A stretch of 64,000 nucleotides of DNA from Escherichia coli (GTDB taxonomy: Bacteria; Pseudomonadota; Gammaproteobacteria; Enterobacterales; Enterobacteriaceae): NCBI RefSeq assembly GCF_030013595.1, contig NZ_CP122770.1; one strand, written 5' to 3'. Position numbers and translations under genes: made by a program. Of the stretch, positions 29,954-38,730 are shown in pieces. Numbering within the stretch: the first letter of the stretch is position 1; the number at the start of each line of letters is the position of its first letter. The notes under the pieces were generated by a model. It searched no databases, was not told the DNA's origin, and was given only the letters and a program-made list of their open reading frames with translations.

Positions 29954-30925
29954 TAGTCACACCACCTTTCATTTTTATCATTCCCATGACTAAATCAAAC
30001 TGCGGGGATGAGCTCAGATAAAAGCGCTCATCAGGAACCTTAGTCAGGTTCTTCACAGCCTCGGCCACAATTTCAGCCCCACCACCAACACACATTACAT
30101 GTGTATAGTCGGTGAAACGGCTGATGACATCATTAACTCGTTTAATAAGCAACTTCTGCCGTTCATTGATAACATTAATGATAGACTCACGCTGTTCAGC
30201 ATTATAAATGCGACGGGAAAGGTAGTCAGGTTCATTACGGTGCACAATGATATTGTCAGCCTGGAATGAGCTCACTCTTGTATTAGCATGTACAGCCATC
30301 TGTTCCTTAACCCCGGATGTAATCAGGGACACGCCGATATTTGGATCACACCAGGTTTTTGTAATCCCTGTCATTTTGCTACGAACATGCGACACATCAA
30401 GAGTTGTACCACCGAGATCTACGATCAAAAGGGATTCATCATCCTCAAGCCCCGCAAGAACACTGAAACCAGCGGGAATACTTTCAGGAAGAACGGAAAC
30501 ACTGCGAATAACAAATGCATCACTCCCCTGCACCCGTACTTCACGCATCACATTTTTTTCTTTCTTTCAATGTTTTGCTTATTTTTCTGATTGTTGGCGT
30601 CAAGGTATTCAGAGATCGGCAATGTGACGATGACATCAACAGGCTGCGCTTTCAGGCCGGTCTGCTGTAGCGCATGCTGAATGGCCACAACATTCACATC
30701 ACTGTACTGATAGCGTGTTTCAGTCGTTACGACAGCATCAGCACTTAATGGATCAAATGAAAACTTCTCGCCGTCGATCTCGTAATTAGCCGGGGCAGCA
30801 TCATCCAGTAAACTAAAAGACCATTCCGGTTTAAAGCTGTTAGGGCTGATTAACGTTTTCACGTCACCATCCTCCAACCAGGCAAGTTTAATGTTGGTAG
30901 AACCATCATCAATAAAGATTTTCAT
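29946..30925 (-). pseudogene. parM: parM/stbA actin-like partition ATPase, split by frameshift at an A7 tract (~30551-30560)
   Basis: N-part [14 protein letters not shown]...NIERKKKM and C-part ...PESIPAG...GGTTLD...GGGAE both match ParM in different frames. Confidence 0.7.
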
Positions 30926-30994
30926 AACCAGTCTCCGTTGCTCATAAACAAATAGAAAAAACAAACATGCTTCATACATGCAATGTATATTCAA

Positions 30995-31330
30995 TTATAA
31001 TGAAAAAACGGTCTTTCTGAAAGGACAAATGCAACATAAAAACACGATAAATTGCATGTACATTGTACACACAACTTTAAGACCAGAGGAAATCATAGAT
31101 ACAAAAACATTATGAAGGTTATATGTGATACATAAATGCAATATAAAAACATCGTGGACATCATGGTTCAGGTTAGGGGAAAAGGAATGAAATGGTGAAA
31201 CTGAGAGGAAAGGAAAGCGGTGACGAATCATGTCACCATAAACAGAAAGATGTCTAATGGGGACTCTTTAGGTACGTGAAGAATCCCCATAACGCATTTA
31301 AAAGACACACATCAGATACCCTTAAGGTAT
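30995..31330. promoter_or_regulatory. Candidate parC-like centromere/promoter upstream of parM
   Basis: AT-rich; direct repeats aaatgcaa(c/t)ataaaaaca; palindrome gatacccttaaggtatc near 31303-31322. Confidence 0.4.
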
Positions 31331-31338
31331 CCGATAGT

Positions 31339-31647
31339 TTATTGACCTATTGCACCATCACGTTCAAGCTTCTCTCTTATAGCCTCAATAATATATGAGC
31401 TAAAATCCAGAGATGTTTTACTGGTCGCTTTAAGTTCCGCATGAGCTTCAAAATACGACAGCGGTATGGCCTTAAGATTCTTAGCCTTCGTCCTGGCAGC
31501 CACGGGACGACCTGAAACTTCCTCTGCACCTTCATTTGGCTGAGACGGGGCTGTTGCTGTTACGGCAGAAGAAGAAGTTTGTAATCTGGCAGAATCCACC
31601 AGGTTTTTCAGTTTTTCAGCCTGTGCACTAAATTTCGCTTTGCTCAT
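31339..31647 (-). CDS. parB: ParG/CopG-like ribbon-helix-helix centromere-binding protein
   Basis: 102 aa; unstructured N-terminus, C-terminal RHH-like LDFSSYIIEAIREKLERD; downstream of parA. Confidence 0.55.
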   Translation of the reverse strand: MSKAKFSAQAEKLKNLVDSARLQTSSSAVTATAPSQPNEGAEEVSGRPVAARTKAKNLKAIPLSYFEAHAELKATSKTSLDFSSYIIEAIREKLERDGAIGQ

Positions 31648-31733
31648 GAGATAACCCAGGATGTTTGTTAGATACTTAAAAGATATCCATTAAAAGCCCA
31701 AAGGATACTATATGGATACCCAATAGACACACC

Positions 31734-32378
31734 TTACTGTTTGTTATTTTCAATCAGATGATTGATTTCTTCGATCAGGGCAATAACTTCCTTACCTCCT
31801 GCCGAATAGCGCCCATGAACAGACTCAGTGATTCCCATCCCAGTCTCAATGACATCCTCAAATTCTGCACGAGCAGAAATGCGGCTCTTCATCAGCTTCA
31901 GATGTTTGAACGATGGCAGGATTGCATCAAGCTTAGGGAATTTCTTCTTGTTAGGATTAACTTTACAGAGATACAGGTGAGCAGTTATATCGGTCCCCAT
32001 GATAGAGCTGATTTCGTCCAGTACTCCATCAAAATGCATCAAACCAATACGTTCAGTCAGGGAGTCTTTTGAAGGGACAATAACGCAGTCTGCAAAGGCA
32101 ATCGCAGTACGGGTAAGATCTGAGTCAAATCCCCCACAGTCAATAAGTAACGTCTTATCGCTGTTCTTGTAGGGAGTCATAATTTCGATTAACTCATCCA
32201 CTGTTTTGGGTACTTTCACGGAAATTTCTTTTCCTTCAGGTCTCAGCCCCAGAATGATAGAAAGCCCGGTATGAGTATCCAGATCAACTGTATCAGACTT
32301 CATTTCACCAACAATGTTTACGGATGAAGTTGTCTTACCCACACCACCTTTGGGATGCGTATTAGCAATAACAGGCAT
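31734..32378 (-). CDS. parA: ParA-type Walker ATPase (small, type Ib partition)
   Basis: Walker A KGGVGKTT; ATG at 32378 with GGAGAT RBS. Confidence 0.8.
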   Translation of the reverse strand: MPVIANTHPKGGVGKTTSSVNIVGEMKSDTVDLDTHTGLSIILGLRPEGKEISVKVPKTVDELIEIMTPYKNSDKTLLIDCGGFDSDLTRTAIAFADCVIVPSKDSLTERIGLMHFDGVLDEISSIMGTDITAHLYLCKVNPNKKKFPKLDAILPSFKHLKLMKSRISARAEFEDVIETGMGITESVHGRYSAGGKEVIALIEEINHLIENNKQ

Positions 32379-32429
32379 AGTGTATCTCCAGAATCCACAT
32401 GTAATACCCATAAAGCCCCCATAAGACAC

Positions 32430-32538
32430 CTTTCGGATATCCAAGAGGTACTCAATAGATGTTTTTTTACTCTATACCGGTCCTGCATGTCAACAGAATA
32501 TGAAATACCGATAATATATCCATGAGATATCCGAAAGG
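32430..32538. promoter_or_regulatory. 13-bp perfect inverted repeats (cctttcggatatc / gatatccgaaagg) upstream of parA
   Basis: Direct reading; arms ~85 bp apart. Confidence 0.4.
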
Positions 32539-32557
32539 GATTTAAAAAAGTCAGAGC

Positions 32558-33337
32558 TTATGGAATTCTTTTGAGCATAGACACCGCATCGGACTCAGGC
32601 ATCGAAAACTGCACCCGGTGCCGTGCAGCCACATCCAGTGCAAACACCTTCGTGTAGACCTCCGTTGAGCTGATGGACTTATGCCCCATCAGACTCTGCA
32701 GGACCTTCAGCGGTATACCGGCATACAGCATATGCATCGCATAGGAATGGCGGAACGTATGTGGCGTGACCGGGACAGAGAACGTCACACCATCAGCGGC
32801 AGCGGCGGCAACCGCCTCCCCAATCCAGGTCCTGACCGTTCTGTCCGTCACTTCCCAGATCCGCGCTTTCTCTGTCCTGCCTGTTCGTTTATTACGCCGT
32901 TCCATGGGGATTTTCAGTGTGGCCACCATCGTCTGCAGCTGGCTGACGTACCAGGCGTCGGAGAGCGGAACCAGCCGGTGAGTCTGCTGACCGGCGGGCA
33001 TTCTTCCTGCCGTCCTGGCGGCTTTTTCGGTCCGCTGCTTCAGAGTGGCCAGCTGCACAAACGGATACGGAGGCGTGAGCGAAAAATCCCCCCGCGTCAG
33101 CGCCAGTGCTTCATTAATGCGCGCACCGGTGTTCCACAGTGTGGCCAGCAGCATCTTGCGGCGCAGATCCGGGACGTAATGGAGCAGGGCGCTCACTTCA
33201 GGGGCCAGCAGGTATTTTGGCAGTTCATCATGAACCATCGACATCTGGCGGAGTGCCAGCGCTGCCGGATAATCGATGGCAACAGGAAGCTGAGCGGCAT
33301 CCCGGGCATGGTGGATCGGTGCCGGCAGGTGCTGCAT
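32558..33337 (-). CDS. Tyrosine site-specific recombinase (XerD/ResD-like, likely multimer resolvase)
   Basis: C-terminal HTFRHSYAMHM...LMGH...EVYT catalytic motif block; start inferred at MQHLP. Confidence 0.8.
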   Translation of the reverse strand: MQHLPAPIHHARDAAQLPVAIDYPAALALRQMSMVHDELPKYLLAPEVSALLHYVPDLRRKMLLATLWNTGARINEALALTRGDFSLTPPYPFVQLATLKQRTEKAARTAGRMPAGQQTHRLVPLSDAWYVSQLQTMVATLKIPMERRNKRTGRTEKARIWEVTDRTVRTWIGEAVAAAAADGVTFSVPVTPHTFRHSYAMHMLYAGIPLKVLQSLMGHKSISSTEVYTKVFALDVAARHRVQFSMPESDAVSMLKRIP

Positions 33338-33338
33338 A

Positions 33339-33752
33339 TCAGTGTTCACTCCACGGGGAAACGTCGGGCAGTTTTTCCACAACCCGGTACTTTCCCGGAT
33401 AACGGAGCTGGTTACCGCCACGCGTCCAGACGGTGACAACAAAACCCCCGCCCTGGTTGTTTTCGGGGAGCAGGCGATCGCACTGCTCACTCAGCATGTG
33501 GATCACGAACGGCGCATCGCTGCCGTCTTCAAATACCAGTTCCAGCGCATCGCGGCCATCCAGCGTTCCCTTACTGATGATGACGTACTCAGCCCCCCGC
33601 ATCTCCCTGAGTAAATGTTTTGCCGCATCCGGGACAAGCAGCCTGGCTGCGCCGGCATTCCAGCTTAGGTAGACATATCCGGCCTGCGCCTGTACAGACT
33701 GCCAGTAATCCGTTCCGGCGACAGCCTGACCTTCATTCTCAATAAAAAACAT
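33339..33752 (-). CDS. Hypothetical protein upstream of recombinase (137 aa from MFFIENEG)
   Basis: ORF abutting recombinase start; no family recognised. Confidence 0.4.
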   Translation of the reverse strand: MFFIENEGQAVAGTDYWQSVQAQAGYVYLSWNAGAARLLVPDAAKHLLREMRGAEYVIISKGTLDGRDALELVFEDGSDAPFVIHMLSEQCDRLLPENNQGGGFVVTVWTRGGNQLRYPGKYRVVEKLPDVSPWSEH

Positions 33753-34029
33753 GGGTGACTCCTTTTTTCTTTTCCGGGCAGGGACGGTCATGCGATAACG
33801 TCATCCGTCATCACTGCCCTTACCGTCACGCCGTCTGATAACATCATGCCGTTATCATCATCACCATGATAACAAGCATCCATATAACCACGCCGTTAAA
33901 TTACCGGAGAGCCGCTTCCGTCAGATCCGACTTTCCTGAATATCACAACTTTCCGGAAGTGTATCACGCTGAGGAAATAATCATATCGCTGTTTTCCGCC
34001 CCTGCGCGGCGCATCACAGGTCAGGGAGA

Positions 34030-34300
34030 TGACACAACATATAGTGTCATCAGCAGCTGAATCAGGCACCACATGTTGTGCTGACGGGAGGTGGCGTTGT
34101 GTGGGGGGAGTGGGAGATCCGTCTCCGCCGGAAACCGGATCTGCGCGGCGGGAAACGGGCAAACGATATGATAATTAAGCAACACACATAAAATCATATC
34201 AGATATGATTTTCATCGTTAAAAATTAAACAATATCTGATATTATCAGAAATCAGGAGCACACAAATCATGCAGGATATGATTTTTACCTGTCAGAACAT
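34030..34300. promoter_or_regulatory. Cluster of palindromic boxes in divergent intergenic region
   Basis: gatgacacaacatatagtgtcatc; aaaatcatatcagatatgatttt; aatatctgatatt; recurring ATCAGATATGAT half-sites. Confidence 0.45.
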
Positions 34301-34320
34301 TATCAGATGGAGCGTGCAGG

Positions 34321-34578
34321 ATGGATCAGGAAATGACGTTTTCACTCAGCTATGAACAACTGACCCGGTTTGCGGAAAAACGCATCCGGGAATGCAATCT
34401 GGACAGCCAGGGCGCGATTTATCTCTGCGAGTCAGCCAAAGCCGGAGCCGTGCTGATCTTCTGGCATGAACTGGCCATAAATGGCTATGCCTCAATGAAT
34501 GCCATAAAGAGACAGGAGCTCATTGACGCCGACTTTCAGCGCCTCAGAAACCTCATCTGGCCGGAGGATGACAGGTAA
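34321..34578 (+). CDS. Hypothetical protein (85 aa), first gene of two-gene operon
   Basis: Stop overlaps next start (TAATG). Confidence 0.45.
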   Translation: MDQEMTFSLSYEQLTRFAEKRIRECNLDSQGAIYLCESAKAGAVLIFWHELAINGYASMNAIKRQELIDADFQRLRNLIWPEDDR

Positions 34579-35168
34579 TGACCCAGAGCCGCCGACCGTC
34601 GCCACTGCAGCGGAGAGTGCTGATTGTGCTGGCTGCCCTTGACGAAAAACGGCCGGGTCCCGTGCTGACGCGGGACCTGGAACGGGTGCTGGAGCGAAGC
34701 GGGGAAGCCCCGGTCTACGGGCCAAACCTGCGCGCCTCCTGCCGTCGTCTGGAGAATGCCGGCTGGCTGCGTACCCTGCGCGCTCCGAACCTGCAGCTGG
34801 CAGTGGAGCTGACGGACGCCGGCCGGGCCGTGGCACAGCCTCTGCTGCTGGCAGAACAGGACCGCCTCCGGGCAGAACAGCGTGCGGCAGAAGTCGTCGT
34901 ACTGCCGCTGGTCCCGGCAGCAGGTCTGCCCGCAGACGGCACTTCTGCCACTGATCTGGCGGTGGAGCTGAACGGCATGACGTATCAGGCCTGCCGTGGG
35001 GATTTTGTGGTACGTCTCGACGGCAGCACCTGTCTGCAGTTATGGAATAAAGAAGGCAGGGTGGTACGCCTGGAGGGCGATCCGCTGGAAGTGGCGCAGT
35101 GGCTGCAGGCCTGTCACGATGCCGGAATGGAGGTTCGTGTACAGGTTAATGAAAGCGTCACCCCGTAA
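34578..35168 (+). CDS. Hypothetical protein with N-terminal winged-helix-like region (196 aa)
   Basis: GC-rich ORF; N-terminus LQRRVLIVLAALDEKRPGPVLTRDLERVLERSG suggests wHTH. Confidence 0.45.
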   Translation: MTQSRRPSPLQRRVLIVLAALDEKRPGPVLTRDLERVLERSGEAPVYGPNLRASCRRLENAGWLRTLRAPNLQLAVELTDAGRAVAQPLLLAEQDRLRAEQRAAEVVVLPLVPAAGLPADGTSATDLAVELNGMTYQACRGDFVVRLDGSTCLQLWNKEGRVVRLEGDPLEVAQWLQACHDAGMEVRVQVNESVTP

Positions 35169-35495
35169 AAACATACCAGCACGGTTTACACGTTATCCCA
35201 TGGTGGCAGCAGGTTAACTTTCCTGCGCCACCAGTGGAAAGAGGCCATGAGCAGTCCGAACAAAAAACCACCCGTGATACTTATAATAATGGCCTCACCT
35301 GCCACCATTCCTGACGGCCCCCAGTAGATAAACCACATTGCACATCCCCAGGAAATGCCCCATAAGCTCCCCATCAACAGCGTGACCTGCCAGAACGGCA
35401 TAAAGGGTAATGGCGGAAGCCGGATACCCAGCCGCCAGAGAATACGCAGAAGAGGAGGGGCATAAGTAAGCGGCTCGCCAGAACCGTATTGATAT

Positions 35496-37067
35496 TTACT
35501 GAGAGGTCAGATCAACTTTCCAGGGCAACAGATCGCGTACCCGGTTTGCCGGCCAATCCTGGATATGCTCAATGACGTAACGCAGCCATTTTTCTGGTTC
35601 CACATTGTTCAGACGGCATGTGCCGATCAGCGAGTACAACACCGCCGCATGTTCGCCACCGCTGTCGGAACCCGCGAAGAGCCAGTTTTTCCGGCCTACG
35701 GCCACTCCCCGTAAGGCGTTCTCTGCGATGTTGTTGTCGATTTCCACCCAGCCATTACTGCAGTACACGTTCAGGGCCTCCCACTGTTTCAGCAGGTATG
35801 CGAACGCTTTTGCCGTATCCGAGTGACGCGACAGTGTTTTCATCTGTTCCTGTATCCAGTCATACAGTGACTGCATCAGTGGAGCCGCTCTGGCTTTTCT
35901 TGCTGCCAGACGCTGTTCTGCTGAACATCCCCGGACTTCTGCCTCGATGACATACAGTTCACCGATACGCTGCAGGGCTTCCGTGGTGATGTCGGTTGGC
36001 ACTCTTGCATGCACATCGTGGATTTTTCTCCGGGCATGGGCCATACACGCGGCTTCCGTTATTCTGCCGGATTCGTATAACGCCCGGTAACCACCGTAAG
36101 CATCTGCCTGAAGCACACCGCTGTAACCGGCCAGGTGATTCTGTGGATGGATACCTTTCCGGTCCGGGCTGTACGCGAACCAGACCGCCGGGGGCATCTG
36201 TGAACCGGCGTTACGGTCATCACGGACATAGACCCACAGCCGGGCAGTTCTTGTTTTACCACTGCCCGGCTCCTGGACCGGAACGGGGATATCATCCGCA
36301 TGGACTTTACCGGGCATCAGCACATACTGGCGCAGCACGTCATACAGCGGCTCCAGCAGTTCAGCAACGGCACCGGTCCAGCGCCCCAGCGTGGCGCGGC
36401 TCAGTTCCACGCCCTGACGAAGGTATATTTCTGACTGGCGGTATAACGGCAGATGGTCTGCATACTTCCCGGTGACGATATGAGCCAGAAGCCCCGCTCC
36501 GGCATAACTGCGTGCAATGGGTTTTGAAGGTACTGGTGCCTGCACGATATGGTCGCACCGGCAACAGGCCAGTTTCGGACGTTGTGTTTCGATAACCTTA
36601 AAAGCGCTGCTGATAAGCTCCAGTTGCTCTGACACATCACACCCCAGAGGACTGAGGTCACCACCACAGGCCGGGCAGCATTCCTCTTCCGGCCGGATGA
36701 CCCGGGTTTCACGGGGAAGTGAGGCCGGTAACGGCTTACGGGCTGAAGACTGGCGCAGGGCGGATGGCAGTACCGGGTCATATTGCTCATCCAGCGTTTC
36801 CGCCATTTCTTCCTGAAGTGCGCTGATTCGCTCCTGGGCTTCCTGTATCTGCCGTTCGGTTTTAGCGCGAAGTTTTTCTGAGCTTTTACCGAACTGCATG
36901 CGCTGCAGTTTCGCAACCAGCGCCTTCAGCCGGTTGATTTCGGAAGCATAAGCCGCCACCCGCTGTGAGAGCAGGCGGTTGTATTTCGCCATCTGGCGGA
37001 TGGTGTCCTGTTGCGTCTGCAACAGTGCCCGCAGGCGGGCATTCTCATGAGCAAGTGAGGTGTCCAT
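35496..37067 (-). CDS. IS66-family transposase TnpC
   Basis: 523 aa; coiled-coil N-terminus, CxxC zinc motifs, DDE region. Confidence 0.9.
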   Translation of the reverse strand: MDTSLAHENARLRALLQTQQDTIRQMAKYNRLLSQRVAAYASEINRLKALVAKLQRMQFGKSSEKLRAKTERQIQEAQERISALQEEMAETLDEQYDPVLPSALRQSSARKPLPASLPRETRVIRPEEECCPACGGDLSPLGCDVSEQLELISSAFKVIETQRPKLACCRCDHIVQAPVPSKPIARSYAGAGLLAHIVTGKYADHLPLYRQSEIYLRQGVELSRATLGRWTGAVAELLEPLYDVLRQYVLMPGKVHADDIPVPVQEPGSGKTRTARLWVYVRDDRNAGSQMPPAVWFAYSPDRKGIHPQNHLAGYSGVLQADAYGGYRALYESGRITEAACMAHARRKIHDVHARVPTDITTEALQRIGELYVIEAEVRGCSAEQRLAARKARAAPLMQSLYDWIQEQMKTLSRHSDTAKAFAYLLKQWEALNVYCSNGWVEIDNNIAENALRGVAVGRKNWLFAGSDSGGEHAAVLYSLIGTCRLNNVEPEKWLRYVIEHIQDWPANRVRDLLPWKVDLTSQ

Positions 37068-37086
37068 ATCCTCACTTTACAACGGG

Positions 37087-37434
37087 TTATATGCGGATGC
37101 CAGCGCGTTCCGTTCGTTTCGGGTGCTTCCAGTCGATGCCTTCGAGAAGCATGGACAACTGAGCCGGAGTAAGGTGAACCTTTCCATCGCGGGTGACCGG
37201 CCAGACGAAGCGGCCCCGCTCCAGGCGTTTGGTGAAGAGGCACAGTCCGTCACTGTCAGCCCACAGCACTTTTATCTGGTCACCCCGGCGTCCGCGGAAG
37301 ATGAACAGATGCCCGGAGAACGGGTCATCCTTCAGGACGTTCTGAACTTTTGAGGCCAGGCCGTTAAAGCCATTTCGCATATCGGTGATACCGGCAACCA
37401 GCCAGATACGCGAACCGGCAGGGAGAGATATCAT
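37087..37434 (-). CDS. IS66 Orf2
   Basis: 115 aa; LFIFRGRRGDQIKVLWADSDGLCLFTKRLERGRF typical of IS66 Orf2. Confidence 0.85.
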   Translation of the reverse strand: MISLPAGSRIWLVAGITDMRNGFNGLASKVQNVLKDDPFSGHLFIFRGRRGDQIKVLWADSDGLCLFTKRLERGRFVWPVTRDGKVHLTPAQLSMLLEGIDWKHPKRTERAGIRI

Positions 37435-38084
37435 CAGTGGCTGCTCCCTTTCATTTCGCGGATAAGTGTCTGTAATAACGCCGGTGTCAGTTCACCTTTC
37501 AGCCTGAGAGTTCCGGCCGGCAGAACCAGCTCGCAGCACAGACTGTCTGGCAGTGTATTTATCTGTTCAGGTATCTGCACTGGTGCCGGGATTTTATTAT
37601 CCGGCTCCGGAGTTAACGTCACGGGAAGTAGCGATGTTTCATGTTCGCCGGGCGGTTGCAGGCCACCGTTACGCCAGAGATGCCGCCAGTTAAAGAGCAG
37701 GTTATCGTTAATTCCATTCTCTCGAGCTATTTGTGCGACACAAGCACCGGGTAAAAGAGTTTGCTGAACCAGTCTCCATTTAAACTCCGGTGAAAATCGG
37801 TTCCGGCGGGGTTTCTCTGCTTTCACAGGCTGAGTCACGGTCGGGGCTGAAGGGTATCGCCCCGGGAAAAGAGCCCGGGCCAGTTGCCCGCAGGAATATT
37901 CACCGGAAAGAGGCCAGTCAGTGAATACCTGGTGAAATCGCCTCACCAGAGAAAAAATGGCGGTTTTGCTGACACCGGTCTGCGCAGAAATGCGCGGGTA
38001 CGACAGTGACTCGTCAAATCTCAGCTGTAGCACACGCAGGATCAATTCCGGATTGTCTGCCAGTACCGCTTTTCGTGCATTCAT
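37434..38084 (-). CDS. IS66 Orf1 (HTH accessory protein)
   Basis: 216 aa immediately upstream of Orf2 with overlapping stop/start. Confidence 0.8.
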   Translation of the reverse strand: MNARKAVLADNPELILRVLQLRFDESLSYPRISAQTGVSKTAIFSLVRRFHQVFTDWPLSGEYSCGQLARALFPGRYPSAPTVTQPVKAEKPRRNRFSPEFKWRLVQQTLLPGACVAQIARENGINDNLLFNWRHLWRNGGLQPPGEHETSLLPVTLTPEPDNKIPAPVQIPEQINTLPDSLCCELVLPAGTLRLKGELTPALLQTLIREMKGSSH

Positions 38085-38373
38085 CTTAAATGTCCCTTTA
38101 CTGCGAAAATGGACATTAGTATCGGAAACAGGAAAGGGAGGCGAAAGACGGTTTAAATGAGACGGTTACGGGCATAATTGCTCCGCCACATCTTTTTGCT
38201 GTCCATCAGGGCAATGGCCCGGGCTTTTTTCTGCTCAAAGGTCACAGGAGCACCTCCGTTCCATGATGTAAACGTGACACAGCTTATTGTTATTGATTAT
38301 TATTATCATGCTGTGGTTGTGTTGTCATGCATCAGTACACTGACAAAAGTGCAAAAGAAAGGAAAACAGGCAG

Positions 38374-38709
38374 ATGAACAGAAAATATTATTTTAATAAT
38401 ATGTGGTGGGGATGGGTGACGGGGGGATATATGCTGTATATGTCATGGGATTATGATTTTAAATACAGATTACTGTTCTGGTGTATTTCTCTCTGCGGAA
38501 TGGTTTTGTATCCGGTTGCAAAATGGTATATTGAAGATACAGCTCTGAAATTTACCCGGCCTGATTTCTGGAACAGCGGTTTTTTTGCTGATACACCTGG
38601 GAAAATGGGATTGCTTGCTGTTTATACGGGTACTGTTTTCATATTATCTCTTCCGTTAAGTATGATATATATTCTTTCTGTTATTATAAAAAGGCTGTCT
38701 GTAAGATAG
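38374..38709 (+). CDS. imm: Colicin Ia immunity protein (inner-membrane)
   Basis: 111 aa, Trp-rich hydrophobic; convergent with colicin gene as in colicin Ia/Ib loci. Confidence 0.8.
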   Translation: MNRKYYFNNMWWGWVTGGYMLYMSWDYDFKYRLLFWCISLCGMVLYPVAKWYIEDTALKFTRPDFWNSGFFADTPGKMGLLAVYTGTVFILSLPLSMIYILSVIIKRLSVR

Positions 38710-38730
38710 ACAGCCTGTCTTATATTTTAT

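Larger units (their letters stand above)
35466..38169 (-). mobile_element. IS66-family insertion sequence (2704 bp) with 8-bp target site duplication gggcataa
   Basis: Three-ORF IS66 organisation; imperfect terminal IRs starting GTAA; identical 8-mers at 35458-35465 and 38170-38177. Confidence 0.85.
35186..38245 (-). pseudogene. Small membrane-protein gene interrupted by IS66-family insertion
   Basis: Joining flanks with one TSD copy restores ~116-codon ORF from GTG at 38245 (GGAGG RBS). Confidence 0.5.

Noticed and set aside
38178-38396. 72-aa plus-strand ORF at the IS66 right flank
   Set aside because: The minus strand here carries the RBS and start of the IS-disrupted gene; the plus ORF has no RBS and looks like a chance frame.
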